From NCBI RefSeq assembly GCF_035084215.1, contig NC_090359.1, forward strand, positions 11,842,001 through 11,906,000: a stretch of DNA of 64,000 nucleotides, given 5' to 3'. Numbering within the stretch: position 1 is the stretch's first letter; each line of letters begins with the position of its first letter. The notes under the pieces are model-generated. The model was not told the DNA's origin. It searched no databases and worked only from the letters and a program-made list of their open reading frames with translations. Of this stretch, positions 22,807 through 46,092 are shown piece after piece. This DNA comes from Heptranchias perlo (taxonomy: Eukaryota). The position numbers and the translations under genes were made by a program.

Positions 22807-24850
22807 CTAATGCGCGGAGGGAGCGGGGCCGCTAGTCGACCGCCACTCCCTCAAGAGCCCGGTGAGGAGGGATCTGAGCCGACGCAGCCCGACCCCGCCG
22901 CCGTCCCCTTCCGCGGCCACGGACGCGACGGCGGCCAGGACCGAGCGGATTAACTGCGCCGGCTCCGACCAACGGTCGAGGGCCAGCCGGACGCCATCGC
23001 GACGACGGCTCCAACCGGACGCAAAATCCCGGAGTTCCTCAACGGGGATGAGGGGAGACTCGGTGCAGGGCACGAGGGCGTCCACCACCTCACTGGCGGC
23101 GAACTCCAAATCCTCCCCAGTGCCCACCACCGAGTCCCCGTCCTCCTCCGGGTCATCGTCGCCCGCGGCCGACCCGCTCCCCGCACAAAGCGCGGAGAAC
23201 GAGACGGCCGCGCCGGCCAGACCCGCCTCTGTCACGATCCCACCCCCAGGATCGTCGGCAGAGGAGTCCTCCCCGGGCTCCACCGGGGGGTCCGAGTCAG
23301 ACGGCGGCGCCGGGCGGGGACCCTCCCCAGCCTCCGAGCGGTGAAAAACCGGCACCCGGATATAAGGGGAACCCGGGGAAACCGGGGAGAACGTGTACTC
23401 AAGTTCTCCCACCTCCCCCGGCTCCGAGCCCAGAGACTGAGAGGAGGGGGTCTCCCCACCCACGTCGCCACCGACCGACCCGGCCGGTGAGATATTTTGA
23501 TTAAAACCCACCACCAGGTCGAGCAGGTCCTGGGAGAGGTCGAGCCGGGGGCAGACGAATTTGGCCGCAACGGCCTCGCCCACCCCGACACCCAGGACGC
23601 CCGACCCGGTGAACAGGGTCGTGTCGGGTAACTGCGGAGCCGCGACCCCCCCCTATCGGCGGGGTCTCTCCATCCCCCCCGGGAGGCACGGGCACGATCT
23701 CCTCCCCCCGAGAGGTGGATGACCCCCGCCGCTGTTCGGATGTCACGGGCGGGGCCGCAGGATCCGCGACCGGCACCGACTCCCCTTCCACGGGGGGCCG
23801 TCCCTTAGCAGGGAGCCCGTTCGCTTCCGGGGAGTGGTGCCTCTTTTTCTTCCAGGAGGGTCGCGGAGGGAGGGGGGACTCCATGTCTGCTGGGACCCCC
23901 GCCTCCGCACCCTCCTGATCACCCGCCAGCCCGGGCTCTGTCGCGACCGCGAGATGTTGACTGGCCGCGGTCACGGCCTCGGGCTGACTGAGATCTTCTC
24001 TGTCCCGGGGACCAGCCTCTAGATTCTTCCTCTTTCTCCGCGCCTTTCTCTGGCGAGGGTTCCCCTCCTCCCCCCTGGCGGAGGCCTCGACGCCAACCTC
24101 CACCCGCGCAGTTGACTCTCCCGACGCGGGGGCGGGGTTGGGGGGAGGAGCGGTGGCGGCGCCAGCCCCGGCCGCCGTAGCTGTTTTGGCGGCCTGAGAG
24201 GCAGGGCAGTTCCTCTTCAGGTGCCCCACCTCCTTACAGGCATGGCACCGCCCACCCTCTGCCGTCCAAAAGACGCGGTAAGGGGTCCCCTCGTGGAGGG
24301 CGTTAAAGCCCCCCTCCGTAACCTCCTCCCGTGCCAGCTTGACGAATGCCTGGCGACGGAAGGAGTAAACATGCCGGAGGCTGTTCTCCCTGAGTCCGAG
24401 CGGCAGCGGCGTTACCCCCGACCTCACCTCCCCCAGTTGACGTAGGTGGGGGAGGAGGAGCTCGTCCGACAGGAAAGGCGGGACGTTGGATAAAATGACT
24501 CGCTGCGCGGTGGCCTCCAGCGGGTCCACCGGCAGGAAGGTCCCGCCCACCGTGAGCCCCTTACTAAGGGCCAGGGACACCGCCCGCTCGGACCTCAGGA
24601 AGAACACCGCCCTCCCGTACATTTTTGAGGCCGCGACGATGGCCGAGGGGCCGACAACCTCGGCCATGGCCTTAACGCAGGCCTCAATGGTCATGTTGGG
24701 GTGGGCGTAGCTCTTCACCCCATGCTTCCTCGTAATGAGGCGGAAAGGCGCCGGCCCAGCAGGAGCGGCACGAACTGTAGGAGCGGCCCCCGAGGTAACC
24801 GCGGCATACGTCCTGCTGGGTCCCGGCACCGGCGAAGATGGTGAAGCCAT
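22807..24850 (-). CDS. Tx1 copy C ORF1, single homopolymer frameshift
   Basis: ORFs 23501-24850 and 22807-23583 join across a C-run one base longer than in copy B. Confidence 0.85.
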
Positions 24851-25528
24851 GACCTAAAGAGCCACACCCACCCCAAGTCTCGGGCCTACTGATGATTTTA
24901 GGCCTTTTTTTTTAAAAGAAGCCCTGAGGAAACCTCTCTCCCCGAATCCCAGAGCTTGGTTGGGAGAGGGGCCCCTTTGCTGGTTTTATTTCCCCCAGAA
25001 TATCCGGGAGAGCAAGAGAAGGTGGGAGGGATTAATGGTGGAATGGGAAGGAGGGAGTCTGCAGGGGTAGGCTGCTGCAGAAGTGGGTGGAAGAGGGGCG
25101 GGGTTGCACCTTAAAAGGTGGATCTTATTCTGCCTGTCTTCCAGTGGGCAGGGGGAGGAGATGTCTTCCCCGAGACAGCTGGAGCTGCCTAGGCTCAGTC
25201 CTCCAAAGATTTGAAAAGGAAAGTAACTTCAACCAGGCAGCTCCAGCTGTCCTGGGCCAGACACTTGGGGGGGACCCCTGTCCTCTGAAGTCCTCTTCCT
25301 CCCCCTACCTTCAGCCGACACACCTCACTGCACCGACCACCTCTTCCTCCCACTGGTTGGTGCTCTTTTTCTCCTTCTCCCTCCCTCCTTGTTGATGGTG
25401 GTTTCTCCTTCTTTCTCCTTCTCCTTCTCCCCAAGGGACCCAGGCAAGGGCCTGCTCTCTCTGCTCTCTCTGCTCTCCACTCCACTCAGTGGCAGTCCAG
25501 CCACAAACACCTCCAAGGCCTTGCTGGT

Positions 25529-25781
25529 CTGTATTGCAAAGCTCTGATTGGCTCTGGATATCAATCTCTCCCCCAGAGCCCTGTCCTTTGTTAATTGGTG
25601 CCTGGATTCATGGAAGATTCCTGATTGGCTATCAGGGATTGTCAATCATCATTGGTGCTGTCCATTCCTGGTTTCAATGCAGGCTGTCCCAGTAGTAGAA
25701 ATACAAGAGCTTGGATCAGAAGAAAATAGTTCCAGAACTTTCTAGGCAATAGAAATTAGTCCCAATATATAAATAGTGAAG
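25529..25781 (+). promoter_or_regulatory. Ferritin 1 promoter and 5' UTR
   Basis: Four ATTGG (reverse CCAAT) boxes shared with the promoters of ferritins 3 and 5; TAGAAATA where paralogs have TATAAATA. Confidence 0.75.
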
Positions 25782-31323
<5,542 letters not shown>

Positions 31324-33520
31324 CTGGGGTTCGATAACCATTAGTTCTAGACTTGGTGAATGCTTTGGTTGTGGTTATTTCCCAGTTTTCTCATCTGTTA
31401 TACATGGAAATAAAAGTTATTCATTGAACTGGTTTCTCTTTGTTGTATAATTAAGTAGCTGATCTGATTATCCGGATCACCAAGATCTCCACTGCACCAC
31501 ACCCAGCTGAGTAACTTATGATCCAAGTTAGAACTTTTTCCAGGCCAAAAAATATAAAAAGCCCCTCCTGGTCCAGTTTCCTCACTTGACTCTGTGCCAA
31601 TCCAGGATGGTTATGATTACATCTCCAAATTGTTACTGGGATGTCTGAAATACATAATTTCTGCAACTATAACCTCAGTAACAATTCCTGCAGAAAAGGG
31701 ATTTCATAACATCTGCAAGCAAAGCATCATCAATATGTTGTGCTTTAAAACAATAAAGTGGGAGGGGTGCTGTATTAGTGGCTGGAGAATGATGAGTATT
31801 GGTTAGGACAAGGGAGGGGATCCCTGCAATTTAGCTGCCCTCGCATTAGGCTGATGCCACAAATCACTCACTGGGGTGCTAGAGTTGTAGCCTGTGTAGA
31901 GTACACAATTAACAACCTGAGACTCTTCCTTCGGGCAGACTGTTCTGTTTAACGTCCCCTCATTCGGGGCAATATTTGCCCATTCTTTGTGATTGAGTAA
32001 ACCAGCTATCTGTAGAAAACATCAAACTGCAGTCTGTCCTGTGTGGTGTTTGCTGTTGGTTAACCTGTACTGGTAGAGGAATCATTTGCTTTAATTTCAT
32101 TTCGATCACCCAACAACTTAAACTGCCTTCCTTTTGATTATTGCATCACTAACTGTTATAAGGAGCCACAAGTGAATTGTAATCCAATAGTTTCTGTACA
32201 TTATCTTCCATATTTCATGTATTCTTTGCAACCACCTCAACTTGCACAAAAAGGCTGCCCTTAACCCACAAATATTGTGGTGATTTTTTTTCACCCTGAA
32301 GATATCAGAAATGAAACCATCAAGTTTGTGAGCCCACTACATAAATATTCTCTTGGGCTGAGGTTGCAGACAAAGGGAGCTGTTATACATGGTTACACTA
32401 CCGACAAATTAAATATTGGCTCGACTGTCAGGGGATGGAGGATGTCTGCATGAGCAAGACTGGATAACAGGGTAGGCCTATGGGATTAAGACTACTGCTT
32501 GTGTGAAGGATAAACACCAACATGAACTTGTTGGGCCAAACAGCCTGTTGCGATGTAAGTTTTATGCAATTCACTCTTCTCTGTTCTTGAGGCTTTGTGG
32601 TCCTTCTGTTCAATGCCTGGTAGTTGCACCAGAGATACAACAGGATAGGAACAAAATACTGAAGATACTGGAAAACTCAAACACAAACAAAAAATGTTGG
32701 AGATACTCACCAGATCAGGCAACATTGGTCTAGAAAACACAAGACAGTTGACATATCAGATATAAAACCTTTCCTCACAACAGACTCGAGATTTGCAGGA
32801 GATGAATAAACAGTGCAAACTAAACACTGGACTTTACAGGTTCTAAATTTCATGGGGATAAAACTCCACATCGCACTTTACAGTGATGGAGCAACAGAGT
32901 TCTGTTTGACGATCCCAACTGATCCACTTTCCATTTCCCCAACTCGTTGTCGGTTGGTTTGCGGACTCACTGCGGACTGTCTGGTGAAGGTCAGTCTCCT
33001 TCAATCTATTGTGGTGATCAACATTGTGAATCTTGGTATAATGGACTCTTTCAGGACACACCGAGATGCCCATCAATTGTCCAAGAGTTGCGATAACTTA
33101 GAAACGATTGTGCTCGACACCATCTACGGGATGGGATTTCCATTTGTAAACTCATCGATCTCTTTGAGAAATGTTGTGAAGCTCTGATTCTGGAAACAGA
33201 GATGTTATCAGATTCCGTCTGAGGAAAATCAAAGAAACCAACAGCAATGACATCACAGAATAATTCTCCAATCCCACCTGTATTCCAAAGCTCTGATTGG
33301 TTCTGGGAATCACACCCCACCTTCTGTCCTTTGTTAATTGGTGCCTGGATTCATGGACGATTCCTGAGTGGTTGTCAGGGATTGTCAATCATCATTGGTG
33401 ATGTCATACCCTGTGTAAATGCAGGCTGTCCCAGTAGTATAAATACAAGAGCTTGTGAGGGAAGAGGTTAGGTTGTTTTTGCAGTTTGAAGTGTGATTGT
33501 GGTTAATAGTAAAAGTTAAA

Positions 33521-36254
<2,734 letters not shown>

Positions 36255-38480
36255 CTGGGATTCTATAACCATTAGTTCTATACTTGGTGAATGCTTTGCT
36301 TGTGGTTATTTTCCAGTTTTCTCACCTGTTGTACATGGCAATAAAAGCTATTCATCAAACTGGTTTGTCTTTGTTGTATAATTAAGTATCTGATCTGATT
36401 ATCCAGATCACAAAGCTACCCACTGCACCACACCCAGCTGAGGAACTTATGATCCAAGTTAGAACTTTCTCCAGGTGTAAAAATATAAAAACCCCTCCTG
36501 GTCCAGCTTCCTGACTTGACTCTGTGCCAATCCAGGATGGTTATGATCACATCTCCAAATTGTTACTGGGATGCCTGAAATACATAATTTCTACAACTAC
36601 AATCTCAGTAAACAATTCCTGCAGAAAAGGGGTTTTCATAACATCTGCAAGCAAGACAACATCAATATGTCGTGCTTTAAAACAACAAAAGGGGAGGTGT
36701 GGCTGGAGAAAGATGAATATGTCAGGACAAGGGAGGGGATCCCTGCAATTTTGCTGTAGTCTGATGCCATAAGTCACTCACTAGGTTGCTCGAGTTGTGG
36801 CCTGTACAAAGTATACTGTTGACAACCCTAGAGTCTTCCTTTGGGCAGACTGTCCTGTTTAACGTTCCCTCATCCAGGGCAATATTTGCCCATTCTTTGT
36901 GTTTGAGTAAACCAGCTGTTTGCAGAAAACACCAAACTGCAGTCTGTCCTGTGTGGTGTTTGTTGTTGGGTAACCTGTGCTGGTAGATGAATCATTTGAT
37001 TTCATTTCTATCACCCAACAACTTGAACTGCCTTCCTTTTGATCATTGCATTACTAACTGTTAAATGGAGCCACAAGTTAATTGTAATCCAATAGTTACT
37101 GTACATTATCTTCCATACTTCATGTATTCTTTCTAACTACCACAACCTGCACAAAAACACTGCACTTAACCCACAAATAGTGTGATTTTTTTTTTCCTGA
37201 AGGTATCAGAAATGAAACCATAAAGTTTGTGAGCCCACTACATAAATATTCTCTTGGACTGAGGTTGCAGACAAAGGGAGCTGTTATACATGGTTACACT
37301 ACCTACAAATTAAACATTGGCTTGACTCGCAGGGGATGGAGGATGTCTGTATGAGCAAGACTGGATAACAGGGTAGGCCTATGGGATTAAGACTACTGCT
37401 TGTGTGAAAGATAAACACCAACATGAACTGGTTGGGCCAAACAGCCTGTTTCGGTGTAAGTTTTATGCAATTCACTCTTCTCTGTTCTTGAGGCTTTGTG
37501 ATCCTTGTATTCAATGCCTGATAGTTGGACCAGAGATACAACAGGAGAGGGACAAGATACTGCAGATATTGGAAAACTCAAACACACAGAAAATGCTGAA
37601 CATACTCACCAGATCAGGCAACATTGGTCTCGAAAACAGGAGACAGTTGACATATCAGATATAAAACCTTTCCTCACAACAGACTCGAGATTTGCAGGAG
37701 ATGAATAAACAGTGCAAACTAAACACTGGACTTTACAGGTTCTAAATTTCATGGGGATAAAACTCCACATCGCACTTTACAGTGATGGAGCAACAGAGTT
37801 CTGTTTGACGATCCCAACTGATCCAATTTCCATTTCCCCAACTCGTTGTCGGTTGGTTTGCGGACTCACTGCGGACTTTCTGGTGAAGGTCAATCTCCTT
37901 CAATCTATTGCGGTGATCAACATTGTGAATCTGGGTATAACGGACTCTTTCAGGACACACCAAGATGCCCATCAATTGTCCAAGAGACAGGATAACTCAG
38001 AACCAAATGTGCTCGACACCATCTACGGGATGGGATTTCCATTTGTAAACTCATCGATCTCTTTGATATATGTTGTGAAGCTCTGATTCTGGGAACAGAG
38101 ATGTTATCAGATTCAGTTTGAGGACTCAATAACTGGGATGACATTGGAGGCCATTGTTGGATCCAAGGAGCCGATCAGTCCTTTGAGGAAAACAACAGCA
38201 ATGACATCACAGAATAATCATCCAATCCTGCCTGTATTCCAAAGCTCTGATTGGCTCTGGGAATCAACTCGCCCCCTCTCTCCTTTGTTAATTGGTGCCT
38301 GGATTCATGGAAGATTCCTGATTGGCTATCAGGGATTGTCAATCATCATTGGTGATGTCATACCCTGTGTAAATGCAGGCTGTCCCAGTAGTATCAATAC
38401 AAGAGCTTGTGAGGGAAGAGGTTAGGTTGTTTCATGCAGTGGTGTTTGAAGTGAGGTTTCTGTTAACAGTAAAAGTTAAG

Positions 38481-40707
<2,227 letters not shown>

Positions 40708-42699
40708 CTGGACTGTTGTCCATGTTGCAGATATTCAACTTGTGTCTTGAAGTTTTATGTTGCCATCTCTCTGAACTGGGAATGGAATTCAAAGTCTAAG
40801 ATTAACTTCCAAACATTGTAGTTGAGTGTTCTTGCAGCTGAAATAAAACATTTTGATGTTGAACTGGTTCCTTTTCTTCAGTAATTGAGCACATTCTAAC
40901 AGCAATGCACGTGGCCTTGCGTCAAACAAAAAAAAATTCTAAGAAATAGGTTGTCACCGTGATAAAATCTGATTTGTTTGGGCACATGGATGTTTTAACC
41001 CCTTCCCCTCCAGAAGGCTTAATTTGGTTTTGTAGCAGCCGAGGATGGCCATCAGGCCAAAATTAGATTTGTACCTAACAGCTTTCAATATTTGGTGTTC
41101 TGTAGTAGAGATTAAAGTGTAATCTGATTACAGTAAGACCTCTTCCTCCACATAGGCTTGAATCCCTTTTGGAGAGTGTGCATTTTTTTATTACTATTCG
41201 TTCATGGGATGTGGGCATCAATGGTGATTACAGTAGTTAACCTTCTGAATAAACAACCCCACACATTGCTGCTGACTTGTCCATTGTAGGACATGAGGGA
41301 AGTGTTCCCTGAAGCAGGTATTCAAATTTAAGTAGTTACAAAAATCCTGGAGCAAAGTAAGACCAAATCTCCAATTGTTCCTGCTAGGGTTACCTGGCTC
41401 TTTCCTCCTTCTCTTCAGCCCATCTTTTTCTTCCTGTGCAGAACTTTGGTCCAGCTCCTGCTATTTGTTTCAATCTCAATTTTTATTTTCCAGTCTCTGT
41501 TCACCTCATGCACCTTTTATATCCTGGACCCCATAGCCTCTAAAATACTTCCATTTGCTGTTGCAAATCTAAGAGCCCCTCTAAGTTTCCCTTGCTGGAT
41601 TCTGTTTCATTAAACAGTTCTTGCCCCATTCCCCTCTCCTTGCGAATACAATCTTTGTGTAATCTTATTTGGCCTGGAACCAAATAACACTAGATCCCAA
41701 TTGCCAAAACTGCCACTTGTAAGTCTACTGAAGAGTTGGAGAATAGAGCCATCTAATTAAAGGCTAAACCACCAACTACTTGGTCTGTTTAAAGCTTTAA
41801 CTGAGTTTGCACCAGTGATGTTCAGGTTATTCTCACACAGGGATCATATGATCAGATCAGTCCATCGACCCCACTTTTCGTTGCTTCATCTTTCCTTCAC
41901 TAGGTTCCACCTTTGATTTTTTAGCCTGCTGTTTGTTGTTGATCCGACAGTATTCTGATGTGATCTGGAACACAAAATATCCACGGGGCCCCATCCTTCC
42001 CTGACCGGATTTAGGGAAATATCAGTAACTCCCCTTTCTAATGAGAAAATTCACCACTCGACTCTTTCCACTTGGTGTTTGACTGTCCAAAAAGTACAAG
42101 AGATTAATCATTGAAACAAGGGATTAACAAACCCAGGAAATACCAGATAGTCTGTTCACCACTGTCGCTCACTGTATATACAACCAACACTACACACAGT
42201 GTTTGCCTCTCACCGCAATCCCTCCCAACACCAAACCCCCCACCCCCCAAATCCCTTCAGTCAATGGTCCACAGTCTCTTCCCCGTGGAGTGCTCTGCAT
42301 TTTATTGTTTGTAAAATGTCATGATGACAAAACAAGAACTCAACATGCCGTGGCCCCCTTCACTTTCCAGCCGATGTGTGTACAGATGCTCACTGACCCT
42401 AGAATTGATGGAGTATTGAAGGACTTGTGTTTAACACGTTCATCACACCCACTTTCCATTCGCCTGACTCGCTGTTGGTTGCTGTTCACAGGCTCTGATC
42501 TGTTTGGATGTTGCCTCAAACCCGCAGCTACTTGCCAAATAACCAACTCACGGATCCATCCAGAATTATTCAAAGACACTGACCCGCAAACAACAATTAA
42601 ACCTGTGGTTCTGGATCTTTGAACCGTCACGATCAGTGACCATAACCGATGGGATGGGGGCAGATCCACCAATTGACAATTTGGTCCATTATGGTCAAG

Positions 42700-42993
42700 T
42701 GCCCGGGTGGCCCCGGAGAGGGAGCATGTGGTGTCCACCGTTACGCTTGATGCCTTCCGCGACCGCTGGGCACCGCAGGGTATAGACTGTCTTTCAGACA
42801 TCAATAATAGAATCCTGATTTAATTGGGAAAGTATCCTGTTGTTTTTGGTGGCACTTGATGCTTATTTTGGTATCTTTTCAGTTTGATTGGACCATCCAA
42901 TATTAGTGGTGCCCTGAGAGGGCCACTTGTGATGGTTTATGTTTGGTGACCCTGGGGCAACCCAGAGTCTCCCTTATTGGTCCATCAAAGAAA
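42700..42993 (+). mobile_element. Divergent Tx1 3' fragment (different subfamily) with 17-bp target-site duplication
   Basis: Encodes ARVAPEREHVVSTVTLDAFRDRWAPQGIDCLSDINNRILI* (stop 42821-42823), homologous to the ORF2 C-terminus. Flanked by ggtc(c/g)attatggtcaag at 42683-42699 and 42994-43010. Confidence 0.85.
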
Positions 42994-43029
42994 GGTCGAT
43001 TATGGTCAAGAATATGGTCACGATCAGAT

Positions 43030-43244
43030 TTGTTTTTCTTTGGAGTGTGGGATGGAAGAGCAGCCATGGTTTTTTTGCTTTTCCTTTTTTTGTGTTTTAG
43101 GCCCCCCTTTTATAAGAAGGGGAGGGGGGTTGGTTGTGTTTATGTGCAGTAAATCAATAAACCCAAAATAAGTGTCAAATTATAATTTTATTACATCGAT
43201 CCAGGATGCACTCCAGTCCCTGCGGTGCCCACCGGTCACGGAAA
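43030..43244 (-). mobile_element. Heavily 5'-truncated Tx1 3' fragment upstream of ferritin 4
   Basis: T-tract(s), the same ccccccttttataagaagggg 3' UTR hairpin and ORF2 end (FRDRWAPQGLECIL); CAGATTT on both sides (43025 and 43245). Confidence 0.88.
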
Positions 43245-43539
43245 CAGATTTTACAGTTTGAGGAAAGTCAAAGCAATTGGATCTTTATTGAATTGTCAGC
43301 CAATGATGCTCCTCCTTCAAAGTTCTGACTGGCTCTGGGTGTCATCTCCCCTCCTCCCTTTTCTTGATTGGTGTTCTGAGAGAGGATGTAATTTCTGATT
43401 GGGTATTGCCAACTGTCACTCATCATCTAGGCTGCCACGCCCAGGATTAACCAGCAGTATAAATATGGAGCTTTGGGTGGCTGTTTTTCAGTTTCTTGCT
43501 TCAATAGAACTGTTTAGTTTTGTTAAAGTTAATTTAAAG

Positions 43540-46092
43540 ATGGCTTCCCAAGTGTGTCAGAACTATCACAAGGAGTGTGAGGATGGTGTCAACAAGCAGA
43601 TCAATATGGAGCTCTATTCCTCCTATGTTTATCTTTCTATGGTGAGTTTTGTTTCTTTGACGCCTTCACATTGGAGATTCTAATGTGACATTACAAAATT
43701 CTGTTTTCTCCAACTCATCTATTGCCTTTTCTCTAATCTGCACCCCCTCCCCCCAATTGATGGATGGTGAGTGTCTTTTTAAAGCTGTAATATAATGTGA
43801 TTTATTGTACAGTCATTATCAAAATGTCTCCCTCTTCCTTGCAGTAGTTGCACCACATTCTATATCTTAAATCTCAATTGTTCACTTTCCTGGTGTCTGA
43901 GCTTTCTATTGAAGTTGTGTTTTGCAGTACACTCTGCATTCAATGCCTGGGATTCATATTTCTTACCCTCTATTCTACATCTCTCCACAGTCTTTCCCCA
44001 CATTCTCCTTGCAATGGTGGGGGTCATAATCTTAAATTAGAGCTAGTCCATTTAGGAGGTAAGTGAGGAAGCACTTTTCCCCTCAAAGGTACTGGAAATC
44101 TAGAACTCTCTCCCTTGAAAGTCTGTGGATGTTGGGGATTAATTGGTGCTTTCAAGACTGAAATCTTTTGTTGGGTCAGGGTATTGAAGGATGAGTTGAT
44201 GTACAGATCCATGTTCCAATTAAATCATTGAGTTGGCTCAAATGGCTGTATGTCCAACTTCTGTTTCCATGCTCTGAACCTTCACTTTTAAGTACCAGCT
44301 TGTCCCTGTCTGTCTTCTCTCTCTGCCTTTGCTCTATTGGTGGTAGGGCCTTCAGCCATTTTGGTCCTACTCAGTGTAACTGTTAATCCCTTTGCCTTCC
44401 TACCTCTGTCTGTCTCTCAAAGCATTCAAATGCTAACAGTTTCTAGTCATGCAACTCTTACTGCTTGGTATCTGTTTCTCCTCTGAAATGCCTTGATGTT
44501 TAGTGTTGAAGGTGCTAAGTTAATGCTGTTTGTGGTAGTTGTAGAAAGGGGTTTGTTTCAAATTTCAGTCATGAAAAGGATGTAAGCTTTTATGTTCCTT
44601 CACTAATTTCTAGACATATAATTCAGTCTTGGGTGTGAAGATTAAAGTGAAATATTGTGTTGAGCATGTTCAAGGCTGAATTGGTAATTTTCCATTGGCC
44701 AGCTTCCCTATTGCCAGGAGTGAGATTATCTCACTGCCAGGTTAGTGAAGCAAGTCAGCCTGTGCTGGTTTTCAGAACCATCTGCCTACAAGCTCAGTGA
44801 GACTTGAACCCTTGACAGAAAGCAAAATATTGAGGTTGGCTTTATGTACAATACCCATGATGATAATTCTGATACCCAACTACTTTTGATCTCACCAGTC
44901 CTATTACTTTGACCGGGATGATGTTGCCCTGCGTCACTTTGCTGAGTTCTTCAAGGAGCAGTCGCATGAGGAATGGGAGCACGCTGAGAAACTGCTGAAA
45001 TTCCAGAATCAGCGTGGGGGCCGAGTCATCTTGGAGGATATCAAGGTTAGATTTAATGGAGTGGCCTTCTGAATGGCTCCCCTTAAATGGACAATTTTAA
45101 ATATTTCTAAAGCAATTTGTTCTAATGCACATAATTACATAGAATGTCCAGCACAGAAACAGGACATTTAGCCCAACTGGTCTATGCTGGTGTTTATGCT
45201 CCACATGAGCTGCCTCCCACCTTCATCTTGCCCTATCATCACATCCATCTATTACTGTCTCCCTCAGTACTTCTCCTTAAAGACATTTATACTATTTGAC
45301 TCGTGGTTGTGGTGGTGTAATTCTATATTCTTGGGACAATTGGTTCATGGCAACATGGACATCTGATTGCTTTTCACCCCTATTTTCCTTCAGTACTTTC
45401 TTGTGTATTTTGTTTAATCCATTAAGTGAACTGGCTGAGACCTGATTCCCTTTTCAGAAGCCAGAGCAGGATGAGTGGAGCAATGGTCTGGAGGCGATGC
45501 AGAGAGCTCTGCAGATGGAGAAGAATGTGAACCAGAGTCTGCTGGATCTGCACAAACTCTCCACTGAGAGGACAGACCCTCATGTAAGTTTTTAATGTGG
45601 GCCTTTGGGTAAGTTCGAGGTGGTGGAAATTTACTGTCCTTGAGCCTATTCAAAAGATCTTCATACCCAATAGCTTTGTTGGTGTCATGCTCAAATTTTA
45701 TTGGGGAGGGGAGACAGGAAAGGGAGATTGCCCTACTGTCTGCATTAGAAGTAAATGTATCTGATCCCAGGATCTAAGCACTTAATAGAGCAAAGTTACT
45801 GTATAAAATGCATCAATCTGAAGTGCACCACTTGACTATCCTCCAGACCAAGAAGATTAAAATCCAAACCCTTGGAGAAGCTCAGATCTTCCTCCATCTC
45901 TTGCTGGACATAACTATTTTCCATCTTTTCTTCCAGTTGTGTGACTTCCTGGAGACCCACTACTTGGATGAACAAGTGAAGATGATCAAGAAGCTTGGAG
46001 ATCACATCACCAACCTGAAGAGACTGGGAGCCCCTGAGAATAGCATGGGAGTGTACCTGTTTGACAAGCACACCCTGGGGGATAGTGATTGA
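43540..46092 (+). CDS. FTH1: Ferritin heavy/middle-chain-like gene 4 (176 aa)
   Basis: Exons 43540-43641, 44899-45045, 45458-45583 and 45937-46092 (ends TLGDSD*); diverged promoter with ATTGG boxes and TATAAA near 43458. Confidence 0.93.
44020..44272 (+). mobile_element. CR1 3' remnant in ferritin 4 intron 1
   Basis: ggtcataatcttaaattagagctagtccatttagg...gaagcacttttccc...; resembles 905-1195. Confidence 0.6.

Larger units (their letters stand above)
18718..25528 (-). mobile_element. Tx1-clade retrotransposon, copy C (full length)
   Basis: Long interrupted T-tract, intact ORF2, ORF1 with one extra C in a homopolymer near 23650; the 5' end abuts the ferritin 1 promoter. Confidence 0.95.

Noticed and set aside
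13287-23653. Programmed frameshifting at the G/C runs in copies B and C
   Set aside because: Other copies are in frame at the same places; single-base homopolymer changes or sequencing errors are the simpler explanation.
4914-24710. Many long plus-strand and alternate-frame ORFs (up to ~350 aa) inside the Tx1 copies
   Set aside because: Shadow ORFs expected in very GC-rich coding DNA; non-ATG starts, no recognisable motifs, and they recur only because the element is repeated.
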